This document shows positions 1-9,895 of a stretch of DNA of 64,000 bases, in pieces. The stretch comes from Armatimonadota bacterium. GTDB lineage: Bacteria; Armatimonadota; SYMT01. Numbering within the stretch: position 1 is the stretch's first letter; every line of letters begins with the position of its first letter. Below the pieces are notes generated by a model, which was given only the letters and a program-made list of their open reading frames with translations, had not been told where the DNA came from and searched no databases. The translations under genes were made by a program, and so were the position numbers. The stretch lies in contig JAWLHY010000009.1 in NCBI GenBank assembly GCA_041690135.1, positions 288,001 to 352,000 of the forward strand. Reading direction: 5' to 3'.

Positions 1-900
1 ACGGACGGTGGATTTCCGCTGGATGAGCCTGAGATTGGCCTGAACCGCACGCTCCTGCTGCGCCTGATCCGCCAGGCGCGAGCGAAGGGATGCCGCGTGA
101 TGCTGAATGGTTGCGGCGGTGATCAGGTACTGGGGGGCGAGCCGTACCACCTGCCGCACCTGCTGCAGGATGTCGGACTTGCGCGCCTGTGCGCGGAGTT
201 GCCGCACTTCCGGCGGTGCAGTCGCCGTCCTCTCTGGTGGATTCTGCTGGCGGCCTATGGATTGCCGCTCTTCGGCGGGGAGATCTCCTCCCGCTTGCGG
301 AGTTTGCTCCGGGGGCGAGAAATGGATGCCGCGGGGTTACCGCTCCGTCGCCCCAGTGCGGCGCCGCTTGCCCTGCCGGAGCCGTTGCAAGCGCCGGAGT
401 TCTCCACGCGAGCGGCTGCGGAGAGTTACCGGCAGTTGACGCACGGACTCTTCGTGGCCAGTCTCCAGGAGTTCGAAATCATCGGGGGGGAGACAGGCGT
501 GGAGTGGCGCTTTCCGTTCCTGGATCGCCGCCTGGTCGAATTCATGTTGGGCGTACCTGCCGCTGCGCGATTCGCCGCCGGGTGGCCCAAGCGCATGGTG
601 CGAGAAGGCTTGCGCGGCGTACTGCCGGAGAAGGTGCGTTTCCGGCAGGGCTACGCTCACTTTAGCGGCTTGATCGAACGCGGACTGCGGGAGCGTGAGG
701 TGCCGCGGCGTCAGGAATTGTTGCGGGACCCTCTGCTGGTGTCGTGTGGCCTGGTCGAGCGGGAGCGCCTCGCGCGGGCCTGGAGTTACTGGGAGGATCG
801 GCCGCAAGTGAACTGCTTGCAGCCGTTATTCTCCTCTCTTTTAGTGGAAGCGTGGCTGCGCCATTTTTCGCCCGGGGCTCTCGCCGCGCTGCAAAGTTGA
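1..900 (+). CDS. Asparagine synthase-family protein, probable lasso peptide cyclase (C-terminal part; gene starts before the window)
   Basis: Frame +1 is open from base 1 (TDGGFPLDEPE...RVMLNGCGGDQ). It has the G-x-GGD, E-x-R-x-PFLDRRLVEF and K-x-x-x-R-x-x-x-R-G-x-LP-x-x-V-R motifs of the Asn_synthase domain, and a lasso-type precursor follows directly. Confidence 0.85.
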   Translation, partial: TDGGFPLDEPEIGLNRTLLLRLIRQARAKGCRVMLNGCGGDQVLGGEPYHLPHLLQDVGLARLCAELPHFRRCSRRPLWWILLAAYGLPLFGGEISSRLRSLLRGREMDAAGLPLRRPSAAPLALPEPLQAPEFSTRAAAESYRQLTHGLFVASLQEFEIIGGETGVEWRFPFLDRRLVEFMLGVPAAARFAAGWPKRMVREGLRGVLPEKVRFRQGYAHFSGLIERGLREREVPRRQELLRDPLLVSCGLVERERLARAWSYWEDRPQVNCLQPLFSSLLVEAWLRHFSPGALAALQS

Positions 901-946
901 AGGAACCCGGAGGAGCAACCCACCGGGACCAAGGGATGAAAGTACG

Positions 947-1147
947 ATGGAAATGGAACAAAAGGGAACGCCTGTCAAAACCCTGGCTCAGCCGGCGTAC
1001 GCGGGATCGGACACTGCGGCGCAGATGCCCCGGAAGAAGGAATACCGTCCACCGCTCCTGGAGCGCCTGGGTCCCCTGGAAGAATTGACCCAGGGTGGAA
1101 ATGGCGCCTTTTCCGACGCCCCCCTCGCCGGCACCCGCGCTTTCTAG
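947..1147 (+). CDS. Lasso peptide precursor (49-aa leader + 17-aa core GGNGAFSDAPLAGTRAF)
   Basis: Leader has YRPPLL (YxxPxL) and GPLEELTQ with Thr at -2. Core starts with Gly1 and has Asp8 as acceptor. Lies 46 nt downstream of the cyclase-like gene. Confidence 0.88.
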   Translation: MEMEQKGTPVKTLAQPAYAGSDTAAQMPRKKEYRPPLLERLGPLEELTQGGNGAFSDAPLAGTRAF

Positions 1148-1338
1148 GGTTCCCCCGCCCCGTCCGACGAGTTCTTTCACTGTTTTGGTCGCGTTTGTAG
1201 GCGACCCGCTCCCCTTCCACTGCGCCCCTGGCAGCCAGGCTCGGAACAGTTCCCCAGGTTTCCGGCCCGCCTGCCGAACGGCCACAATTTTGGACCGGCG
1301 GCCCGATTTCCCCGGCAGCGGTTCGAGGAACGACTGAA

Positions 1339-4300
1339 ATGGGTTACGTGCGGAAGTTAGCCTGGCTGCTATTGCTGGGCGTAGTCTCTATGCTGATCAC
1401 GACCGGAGCGATCAGTTCCGAGTCTCTGGGTTCGGCCGCGAGACGCGCCGCGGCGCTGCGTCCGGTCCGAAGAGGCCGCGGCGGCTTTCTGGATTCCGGG
1501 CCGAAAATGGCCGAGACCCGGCGGAAACTGGCGAACCTGTGGCGCAACCGGGTGATCCGCGAGCGGATCCGCCGCCGCCTGGATCTCCGCACTCCGGCTC
1601 CGACGGCCGGCCGTCCCCGCCAGCGCCGGCCGCTGGTGGACGGTCCCGCTCCCGGGGAGTACGTTTACTTCCCGAGTGGCGCAGTCGACGACGGTCGGTT
1701 CCTCACAATTGCGGGCACCACGGGTTCCGCCACTCTTGCGACGGAAATCAAGGTGAAGCTCGCGGCGCCCAGCACCGCGGGAACGCTCGAGATCGGGATC
1801 TTTGACGGGGATACCAGTGGACTGTGGGACCAGGGCACCGGAGCGCTGGAATATACGCTGTATGAGGATAAGGACGGCAACGCGAGTGGAACTACGCAAG
1901 TAGGGCAGTGGTCCGGCTCCGCGATGTCGGACAACACCTGGTTCAGCACCTCGATCAGCACCGGCCCGGGCGCGCAGGCGCCCAGTGGCAACTACTTCTA
2001 CTACCTGCGGGTGCGCCTGGTCGATACGACCTCCATTACGCTCAGCAGCTTCAAGATCCGGACCAATGCCAGCGTCCGCCTGGAACCCCAGAACTCGTTC
2101 AACGTCATCGCCCCGGTCTCTTCGGAGGCGGCCGCGCAGATCATCTATCCCGATTGGCCCTCGCTCACGCCGACGACCTACGACGGCTCGTGGAATTTCT
2201 ACGCCTATGTTCCGAATTCCACGACCTTCTTCGACGTGTGGGATGGCGACCTTGACTTCGGTACTTACAACGGCAGCGTTAAGGACACGGACGACCAGAA
2301 CACAACGACCATCCCCGCCTGGGCGACCGGCACGCCGGCCAACCTGGACGGCGCCTCTTCCGGGTTGAATGCTTCCTCCGGGAATCCGCCGGACGACGAC
2401 ACCCACGCGGTTTTCCGGCGCTCGCCGGACGTCGTTTACGACGTTACGGACCCAAACGGCATTCGGTATTTCAACGGCAACCCTTCCGGAAATCTGGAGT
2501 GGGAGAACTTCCGCATCGATACGGCGCCGTTCAACGCGAGCAACATGGACTACCACGCCGACGAGCTTCCTCCTGGCGTGTATGAGGTTCATATCGACGG
2601 CCTCGACATCAACAACCTGGATGCCTTCCGCTTCGATTTCGACCTCCTGGGGGTCGACAAAGACGGGAACCCCGTCCGCCCCCTGCTGCCCTACATCGTG
2701 GGCGATACGGTGTGGATCGACCAGGTGGCGGACAATGCCTTCGGTGGATTGGGTTCGGGAGAGGGCCACGCAAACGTTACCGTGGAACTGCTCGACGCCA
2801 ACGGGTTCACCCTGGATACGACCACCACGGATGCGCAGGGGCAGTATAGTTTCCCGGTAGAAGCAGGGACCTTTACCGTCTACGTTTCACCGGCGAACTT
2901 CCTTCCGACCGGACCTCTTGCGGGGTACCGGAATATCGCGGGCGGCTCCAACACGCTCACCTACACGGTAGTCAACGCTAATGTCGACACGTACGACTTC
3001 GGGTACCGGGCGGAGGGTCCCGACCGCCTGGGGGATCGGGTGTGGCTTGACGTAGACGGGGATATGACACAAGACTCCGACGAACCCGGCATAGGGGGGG
3101 TCACGGTCATTCTCCGGGATAACGGCGGCGTGCAACTCACGACGACGGTGACGAACGCTAACGGCACGTATCTGTTCACCGGGCTGGCCGCCGCGACTTA
3201 CCAGGTGCAGGTGGACACTACCACCCTGCCGCCCGGCCTGACCCAGACGCACGACCTGGACGGCACGGGAACAGCGCACCTCGCGACCGGCGCCCTGGTG
3301 GGTGGCACCGAGAAGCTGGACTTTGACTTCGGCTATCGGGGGACCGCCTCGATCGGCGACCGGGTCTGGAACGATGTGAACAACTCCGGCGTCCAGGACA
3401 GCGACGATCTCGGCATTGGCGGAGTGAAGTTGGTGCTTACGGGCGATTTCAACGGAGACGGCACCGCGGACCTGACCGCTACCGATACCACCGACTCCAC
3501 CGGTGCCTACCTCTTCGACCGGTTGCCCAGCCTCGACACCGGGACCTATCCGGGTGCGAAATACACGGTGAAGGTGGATACCAACACGCTGCCATACGGC
3601 CTCACCTTGATTTCCGATCCGGACGACAGCCCATCCGTGGCCACGCCCAACCGGTCGGAAGTGACCAGCCTATCCGTCGGACAGGCGAACCTGGTCCAGG
3701 ACTTCGGCTACCGCGGCGGCGGCTGTCTCGGCGGCACCCTCTGGAAGGATGACGATCAGGACGGGAAGATCGATACCGGCGAGACGGTCTTCAGCAACAT
3801 CACCGTGACGCTCTCGGGCGATCTGAACCTGGACGGCGTGTTCGGTGAGTATGCAACGAGCCAGTTGACGGATGCCGACGGCAAGTACTCGTTCACAAAT
3901 CTTCCCGGCGGACGTTTCAAGATCGTGGTCACGGCGTCACAATTGCCTTCCGGCGCCACCTGGAGCCCGACTTACGATGTAGACGGTACCGGCACTGCGA
4001 GCGAGGCGACCCTGATGCTCCACTCTCGGGTCTGTCGGACGGACATCGACTTCGGTTACCGGGCCACAGCCACCGTGACGGGACTGGCCGGAACCGTGTG
4101 GCATGACACCGGCGTGGACGGGATTCTCGATCCGGGTGAGGATGGCATTCCGAATGTCACCGTCAGCATCAGTGGCCCGACCAGCGCCAGCATGCAGACG
4201 GATGCGGACGGCAAGTACAGCTTCCTGGGAATCCCCGCCGGAACGTACACCGTGACGGTGACCCATGCGGAAGTGCCGACCGCCTACAACACTCCCACCG

Positions 4301-6036
4301 GTGACTACGACGGCCTGGGCACCCAGAACACCGCCTCCGTGGCGGTACCCGCGGGCACGACCGTGCAACCTGTGAACTTCGGCTACGTTGGCGTTTGCAA
4401 CCTTGGGAACCGGGTTTGGGACGACCTGGACTTTGATGGAATCCAGGACACCGCGGAATTCGGTACCGGCACGGAGCCGGGGATCAGCGGCGTGACCGTC
4501 CAACTGTACTCGGCGACTACGCTCACCTTCATCGCCAGCACACCGACGGACTCTAACGGGAACTACCAGTTCCAGAACCTGCTACCGGGCGCCTACTACG
4601 TCAAGTTCATCGCCCCTTCGGTCAACCACGTGTTCAGTCCCAGCCTGGAAGGGTCGAACCGCGCGGTGGATAGCGATCCCGATACCGTGACCGGGGAATC
4701 GGGGGTGGTGACCCTGACGGAGGGCACCACGAACCTGACGGTGGACTGCGGCTTCTACGACATCTCCAAGGGCCAGAGCGTGGGCGACCTGGTGTGGATC
4801 GACGCCAACGCGAACGGGGTGCAGGACGCCGGAGAAGCCGGTGTGGCCGGCGTGACGGTGGAACTCTACCGCCAGAGCACGGGCGCGCTGTTGCAAACCA
4901 CCGTCACCAACAGCGACGGCAACTATCTGTTCACGGGGGTGGGGGTCGGCCGGCACTATGTGAAGTTCTACCTGCCGAACGGCTTCGCGTTCACCCAGGC
5001 ACTCCAGGGTGGCGACACGACGAAGGACAGCAATGCCAACGCCTCGACCGGCATCACCGCAGAGTTCCAGGTAAACGGCGGAAACGACGTTTTCACCATC
5101 GACTGCGGCCTGCTGTCGCCGATGATCGAAGGCTGCGTGTGGTATGACCAGAACCGGGACGGGGTGTTCCAGTACACGGAATCGGGCCTGGGGGGGGTGA
5201 CGGTCCAACTTTACAGTGGCGCAACGCTCCTGAAGACCACCACCACTTCGGGCGGCGCCTTTACTTTCACTGGTGTGGCCGCGGGTGTTTACACCGTGAA
5301 GGTGGTCACTTCTTCCCTTCCCGCGGACAAGACGATCGCGACCGTGGACTCGGACGACATCCAGCCGCCGTTGCTCACCCCCCACGAGGTGATCGTGGAC
5401 GTGGAAGCACTGCCCACGGGTACGGACGGGTCTGTTTTCGTGGGGCCGAAAGCATGCTTCGGCTATTCGGTAGCGCCGCGGCTCAATACGGCCAGCAACT
5501 ACCGGTCGCAGACGCAGGGCGGTTGGGGGGCCGAACCCCGCGGCGGGAACGCCGGCGGCTTCCTCCATGCCAACTGGACCACGGTCTACCCAACGGGCAC
5601 GCTGGTAGTGGGGAAAGAGGCGGGCGCCAGTGGTTCGTTCTGGAATATCTTCCTGAACGGTGCCCAGGCGGTCACCAACTTCCTCCCGCAGGGCGGAACG
5701 GCGAGCGTCCTGACGCAGAACCACACGAACCCGCTCAGCACGGAAGCGGGGGTCCTCGCCGCGCAACTGGTCACCGCCCAGATTAGCCGCGACTTCTCGG
5801 CCGCAGGGGTGACGAAGAGCGGCTTGGGCAGCCTGAAGCTGACAAACCCGCCCAACGCGAGCAACCCTTTCAAGGGTTACTCGCTGGATAAGATCCTCGT
5901 CGTCGGCAACCGGGTGCTGTCCGGCAACCTGAACGCTCTGCCGAATGGCGCTACGATCACCCATCTCAACGAAGCCCTGGACTACTTGAACAACTGCTTC
6001 GTCGATGGGATCGAGGACAAGGGCTACTACCGCTAG
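1339..6036 (+). CDS. Large secreted protein with 8 SdrD B-like (CnaB-type) repeats and uncharacterised N- and C-terminal domains
   Basis: Signal peptide. Eight repeats of G(D/N)xVWxDx(D/N)x(D/N)G...ExGxxGVTVxL...TDxxGxYxF...D(F/C)G. Confidence 0.85.
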   Translation: MGYVRKLAWLLLLGVVSMLITTGAISSESLGSAARRAAALRPVRRGRGGFLDSGPKMAETRRKLANLWRNRVIRERIRRRLDLRTPAPTAGRPRQRRPLVDGPAPGEYVYFPSGAVDDGRFLTIAGTTGSATLATEIKVKLAAPSTAGTLEIGIFDGDTSGLWDQGTGALEYTLYEDKDGNASGTTQVGQWSGSAMSDNTWFSTSISTGPGAQAPSGNYFYYLRVRLVDTTSITLSSFKIRTNASVRLEPQNSFNVIAPVSSEAAAQIIYPDWPSLTPTTYDGSWNFYAYVPNSTTFFDVWDGDLDFGTYNGSVKDTDDQNTTTIPAWATGTPANLDGASSGLNASSGNPPDDDTHAVFRRSPDVVYDVTDPNGIRYFNGNPSGNLEWENFRIDTAPFNASNMDYHADELPPGVYEVHIDGLDINNLDAFRFDFDLLGVDKDGNPVRPLLPYIVGDTVWIDQVADNAFGGLGSGEGHANVTVELLDANGFTLDTTTTDAQGQYSFPVEAGTFTVYVSPANFLPTGPLAGYRNIAGGSNTLTYTVVNANVDTYDFGYRAEGPDRLGDRVWLDVDGDMTQDSDEPGIGGVTVILRDNGGVQLTTTVTNANGTYLFTGLAAATYQVQVDTTTLPPGLTQTHDLDGTGTAHLATGALVGGTEKLDFDFGYRGTASIGDRVWNDVNNSGVQDSDDLGIGGVKLVLTGDFNGDGTADLTATDTTDSTGAYLFDRLPSLDTGTYPGAKYTVKVDTNTLPYGLTLISDPDDSPSVATPNRSEVTSLSVGQANLVQDFGYRGGGCLGGTLWKDDDQDGKIDTGETVFSNITVTLSGDLNLDGVFGEYATSQLTDADGKYSFTNLPGGRFKIVVTASQLPSGATWSPTYDVDGTGTASEATLMLHSRVCRTDIDFGYRATATVTGLAGTVWHDTGVDGILDPGEDGIPNVTVSISGPTSASMQTDADGKYSFLGIPAGTYTVTVTHAEVPTAYNTPTGDYDGLGTQNTASVAVPAGTTVQPVNFGYVGVCNLGNRVWDDLDFDGIQDTAEFGTGTEPGISGVTVQLYSATTLTFIASTPTDSNGNYQFQNLLPGAYYVKFIAPSVNHVFSPSLEGSNRAVDSDPDTVTGESGVVTLTEGTTNLTVDCGFYDISKGQSVGDLVWIDANANGVQDAGEAGVAGVTVELYRQSTGALLQTTVTNSDGNYLFTGVGVGRHYVKFYLPNGFAFTQALQGGDTTKDSNANASTGITAEFQVNGGNDVFTIDCGLLSPMIEGCVWYDQNRDGVFQYTESGLGGVTVQLYSGATLLKTTTTSGGAFTFTGVAAGVYTVKVVTSSLPADKTIATVDSDDIQPPLLTPHEVIVDVEALPTGTDGSVFVGPKACFGYSVAPRLNTASNYRSQTQGGWGAEPRGGNAGGFLHANWTTVYPTGTLVVGKEAGASGSFWNIFLNGAQAVTNFLPQGGTASVLTQNHTNPLSTEAGVLAAQLVTAQISRDFSAAGVTKSGLGSLKLTNPPNASNPFKGYSLDKILVVGNRVLSGNLNALPNGATITHLNEALDYLNNCFVDGIEDKGYYR

Positions 6037-6051
6037 GGAGCAGTGGACGCA

Positions 6052-8091
6052 ATGAGGATTCAGCAGTACCTCACACGAAGACAGGCGGACCGGGAGGGGA
6101 AGGGTAGCTTTCCTCTCCCGCCGCGACGGCTCCATCCGGCTTCCCTGTGCGCCATGGGGATGGGCCTGGGTTTGACCTACCTGGGGGCACAGCCCGCCGT
6201 GTCGGAGACGGCGCCTAACCCCTCCTGGAGCAAACTCTACAACGGCGCCGGCAACTTCTACGACTATGCCCGCGCGACCACCGTGGACACCGCCGGCAAC
6301 GTTTACGTGACGGGCAGTTCGGATGGGGACTACGTTACCGTCAAATACGGTCCCACCGGGTCTCAACTCTGGGCGGCCCGTTACGATGGTCCCCGCCACG
6401 GTCTCGATACCCCTACTGCCATTGTTGTGGACAGCGCCGGAAACGTCTACGTCACCGGCGCTTCCTACGGGGGAAACCCCGCCCTGGCCGGGACGGACTT
6501 CGACTTTGCCACCGTCAAGTACGACCCCGCTGGGGATGAACTCTGGGTCGTCCGTTACGACGGACCGGCCGGACGGGAAGATGCGGCCGCGGCGATGACC
6601 CTCGACTCCGAGGAGAACCTGTGCGTGGCCGGCACCTCTTCCACCCTCGCCACGGGCAAGGACTTTACCCTGATCAAGTACTCCCCGGCCGGTGAGGAAC
6701 TCTGGACCTCGCGGTACGACGGCACCGGTGGCGCCGACACCCTGGCGAGCCTGGCGATCGGGAGCGACGATACCCTGGTGGTCACGGGCGAGTCGTGGGG
6801 TGGAGTTTCCCTGATGGACTTCGCCACCGTAAAGTTCAGTGCGGCGGGTACGCGACTGTGGGCCGCCCGTTTTGACGGCAACCTTGCCGCGGATGCAGCG
6901 GTCGCGGTGGCGGTCGACAGCACCGGAGCGGTCTACGTGACCGGCGCCACCGATGGGGGGCCCGCGGGCGCCGGAGGGAGCGAGCTGGACTACGCCACCC
7001 TAAAGTACACGGACCAGGGCGGACAGGTGTGGCTCAAGCGTTATGACAGTGGAAGCCGTAACCTGGACGTTCCGGCCGCTCTGGCGGTGGACGTTAATGG
7101 AAACGTGTTCGTCACCGGCCGGTCCCGGACCCCTACTGGCGGGTACGGCTTTCTGACCCTCGCCTATAACACGGGCGGGACCCAGTTGTGGTCGGATCGG
7201 TATGACGCCAGCGGCAACCGGGATGATTACCCCACCGGTCTCGTCGCCACCGGGGTCGGTACCCTCTACATCGCGGGCCAGGCGACGGCCGGCTCGGGGC
7301 GGGTGGGCTTCGCCACCCTCAAGTACAGTCTCGCCGGCAGTCGACTCTGGGTGGCGCGGTATGACGGACCCACGAACGGCGATTCCGCGCCGGTCGCCAT
7401 GGCCCTCCAGGGAGACGATGCCCTGGTGGTGGCCGGAACCGCCTGGGGGACCAGCGGCACCCAGGACTACGCCACGCTGAAGTATCTCATCGGCGCCTCG
7501 GCTCCCCCGTCCGCCCCGAGCGGTCTCGTCGGCGCTCCCACTTCCGCCGGCGACGTTCTCCTGACCTGGCAGGACACCAGCGGGGATGAAGCGGGGTTCC
7601 GGATCGAGCGAAAACTCGGCCGTGCCGACTACGTGGAGGTCGGCACGGTAGGCGCCGGGGTTACCAACTTCGTCGACATGAGCGCCGCACTCCGGTCGAA
7701 GTATCGCTACCGGGTAGTGGCCTTCAATGCCCTGGGGAGTTCCGCGCCTTCCAACGAGTTGGCGGTGAATCTTCCCGCTCGCCTGACCACGCGTATCTCC
7801 GTTTCGCCGACGAAGGTGAAGTTCCCCCGAGTACGGATCGGCAGTACCGGAAGCAAGTCGGTCACGGTGCGCAACCTCGGCAGCACCATCCTGACCGGAC
7901 GCATAGTAGCGCCCTCGACTCCGTTCAGTGCGGCGAGTGAGGAGTTCACGTTGTATCCCCGGGCTCGGAAGCAAGTGTCCGTGCAGTTTGCCCCTACCGC
8001 CACGGGTGATTTCACCGGTGAGCTGCAGGTGGAGAGCAACGATCCCAAGAAGCCGGTGGCTCCGGTGAAACTTTCGGGTAAAGGCTTCTAA
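6052..8091 (+). CDS. Secreted SBBP-type beta-propeller protein with fibronectin III and C-terminal ASH/choice-of-anchor D domains
   Basis: Eight W-x-x-RYDG...VDxxGNVYVTG...D(Y/F)ATxKY blades, FN3 (LTWQDTSGDEAGFRIER...YRYRVVAFN), and a C-terminal SPTKVKF...VTVRNLG...SNDP...VKLSGKG domain. Start may be 6043. Confidence 0.82.
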   Translation: MRIQQYLTRRQADREGKGSFPLPPRRLHPASLCAMGMGLGLTYLGAQPAVSETAPNPSWSKLYNGAGNFYDYARATTVDTAGNVYVTGSSDGDYVTVKYGPTGSQLWAARYDGPRHGLDTPTAIVVDSAGNVYVTGASYGGNPALAGTDFDFATVKYDPAGDELWVVRYDGPAGREDAAAAMTLDSEENLCVAGTSSTLATGKDFTLIKYSPAGEELWTSRYDGTGGADTLASLAIGSDDTLVVTGESWGGVSLMDFATVKFSAAGTRLWAARFDGNLAADAAVAVAVDSTGAVYVTGATDGGPAGAGGSELDYATLKYTDQGGQVWLKRYDSGSRNLDVPAALAVDVNGNVFVTGRSRTPTGGYGFLTLAYNTGGTQLWSDRYDASGNRDDYPTGLVATGVGTLYIAGQATAGSGRVGFATLKYSLAGSRLWVARYDGPTNGDSAPVAMALQGDDALVVAGTAWGTSGTQDYATLKYLIGASAPPSAPSGLVGAPTSAGDVLLTWQDTSGDEAGFRIERKLGRADYVEVGTVGAGVTNFVDMSAALRSKYRYRVVAFNALGSSAPSNELAVNLPARLTTRISVSPTKVKFPRVRIGSTGSKSVTVRNLGSTILTGRIVAPSTPFSAASEEFTLYPRARKQVSVQFAPTATGDFTGELQVESNDPKKPVAPVKLSGKGF

Positions 8092-8276
8092 CTTGGAGGT
8101 CCGCCCGAGTGAGGAAACGGTCCCCACGCTCTACCGGTTGCCGTTCGGCCTTTGTCAGCTTCGCCTGGGGTGAGCCGGATTGCACGGTCCGCAGCGGGAA
8201 CACCTCCGATCGGGAACTCGCCTGGCGTTTGCTCCCACCGCACCTTTGCCTCCAGGCTGCGACAGCCGCGCAGGTT

Positions 8277-8615
8277 GTGCCCGTCAGCGAGCAGGATGAG
8301 GCTCGGGGATCTCTCTGGCCGGTGAAAGACCTGCTCTTCGGAGAGTTCGAGGGGGAACTCCTGCTGGCCCGCGACGAAATCGGTGAGGGGTATCGCCTCT
8401 CCGGTATTGGGGCGGAGTTCTGGCGGTCCATCCTTGCGGGTGAGCCCGCCGCCGAAACGGCGGAACGCTTGAGCCGCGTCTACGACGTAGACGCCGGTAC
8501 CGTTTGCACGAATTTGGAAGGCTTCACCCGCACGCTGCTCCAGCAAGGTTGGCTGCAGCCTGCCGGTGCGGCGGATGGGGATGGGCAGGAAGTCCCGAGC
8601 ATTCCGGAGAGGTAA
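8277..8615 (+). CDS. PqqD-family RiPP recognition element (lasso B1/E-type)
   Basis: EFEGELLL...YRLSGIGAEFWRSI...ERLSRVYDVDAGTVCTNLEGFTRTLLQQGWL matches the PqqD winged-helix pattern. Start uncertain (frame open from 8109). Confidence 0.8.
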   Translation: MPVSEQDEARGSLWPVKDLLFGEFEGELLLARDEIGEGYRLSGIGAEFWRSILAGEPAAETAERLSRVYDVDAGTVCTNLEGFTRTLLQQGWLQPAGAADGDGQEVPSIPER

Positions 8616-8748
8616 TACCGAAGAGGTGATAGAGGACAGCGGCGGCATTCCCCTTAACCAGGTAGCAACGGATCCATGTCGGACCCGTCGATGGCAGCGT
8701 CCCGCGTCTACACTACGATCCGCGGGCTTCCACGGTAAGGAATGTGGG

Positions 8749-9606
8749 ATGAAACGTCGGGATTTTCTCATCGGTTCTGCCGGCCTTCTGCTGGCGGCGG
8801 ATCGCGCGTGCGGCGAGCCACGCGTGGTGCGCGATGTCGTTTATGGCGAGCCTGGCGGACACCGCCTGCTCATGGACATCTACCGTCCGGAGACGCCCGG
8901 GCCGCACCCCGCCGTGGTGCTGGTCCATGGCGGTGGCTGGCTGGGAGGCAGTAAGGCGGGGCACCAGGGCACGGGGATGCTGCTGGCGCGGCACGGGTAC
9001 GTTGCTTGCGCCATCAATTACCGCCTGGCACCCCAATATCCGTATCCCGCCGCCTTTGATGATTGCCAGAGGGCCGTGCGGTGGGTCCGCGCGCACGCCG
9101 GGGAGTACGGGATCGATCCGAAGCGAGTCGGGGCGATGGGGGATTCAGCGGGAGGCCACCTGGTGGCCCTGATCGGGGTGCGGCACACCCGCGACAATAG
9201 CGATCGGGAGCTCTCGCGGTTCCGGAGCCGTCCTGATGTGGTGGTCGCCTATTACGGCGCCTTCGAGCTCGTGCGGATGTGGGATATCGAGATGGCCCAT
9301 CGCCCGCTGACCGCCTGGCTCGGGGGTCCGCCCGATCAACACGCCAAGGTATACCGGGAGGCCTCACCCGTGGCGATGGTCACTCGCAAGTCGCCGCCGT
9401 TCCTGATCCTGCACGGCAACCGGGACATGGTCAATCCGCTGGAGCAGTCCGAGTTGCTACATGCGGCTCTCCGAAAAAAGGGTGTCACGAGTGAGATGGT
9501 GGTCCTGGACGGTGCGGGGCACGGCTGGGCCCTGGACTCCCCGCATGGGAAACAGGCCGAGAAGGCCGTGCTGACCTTCCTGGACAGGCACCTACGACGC
9601 AAATAG
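8749..9606 (+). CDS. Alpha/beta hydrolase (BD-FAE/HSL-like esterase) with Tat-like signal
   Basis: MKRRDFL signal, HGGGW oxyanion motif, GDSAGG nucleophile elbow, HGNRD and GAGHGW. Confidence 0.9.
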   Translation: MKRRDFLIGSAGLLLAADRACGEPRVVRDVVYGEPGGHRLLMDIYRPETPGPHPAVVLVHGGGWLGGSKAGHQGTGMLLARHGYVACAINYRLAPQYPYPAAFDDCQRAVRWVRAHAGEYGIDPKRVGAMGDSAGGHLVALIGVRHTRDNSDRELSRFRSRPDVVVAYYGAFELVRMWDIEMAHRPLTAWLGGPPDQHAKVYREASPVAMVTRKSPPFLILHGNRDMVNPLEQSELLHAALRKKGVTSEMVVLDGAGHGWALDSPHGKQAEKAVLTFLDRHLRRK

Positions 9607-9752
9607 GCGCGCCCGATGCAGAGCTTGGACGACACAATACCCGAGGATAAACCTCACCCTGAACGGCGGCCCCTGTGGACCCTATCGCATGGCGAGCGAT
9701 ACCGTTGACGACGGTTCACACCCAAAGTGTACGCGCCGTCTAGCGGGAGGTA

Positions 9753-9806
9753 CGGCTGGGCGAGTGAACTCGCGGCTACACAAAGCGAAGCCTGCCTCCG
9801 CAGGCT
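9753..9806 (+). repeat. REP-like double-hairpin element, family A copy 1
   Basis: CGGCTGGGCGAGTGAACTCGCGGCTACACAAAGCGAAGCCTGCCTCCGCAGGCT recurs at 26982, 40933 and, inverted, at 9896. Confidence 0.8.
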
Positions 9807-9895
9807 GGAAACACCTTGGTGCAGAAGTCTTCTGGTTTGACGGTCCTTTTGCTTGTGGCTGGAGCTGTTGATGCACGTAGGCGGAATGCCCGGGG

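Noticed and set aside
8277-8615. PqqD as part of PQQ cofactor biosynthesis for the nearby quinoprotein
   Set aside because: No pqqA (ExxxY), pqqB, pqqC or pqqE in the window. A lasso precursor with the RRE-binding motif lies upstream on the same strand.
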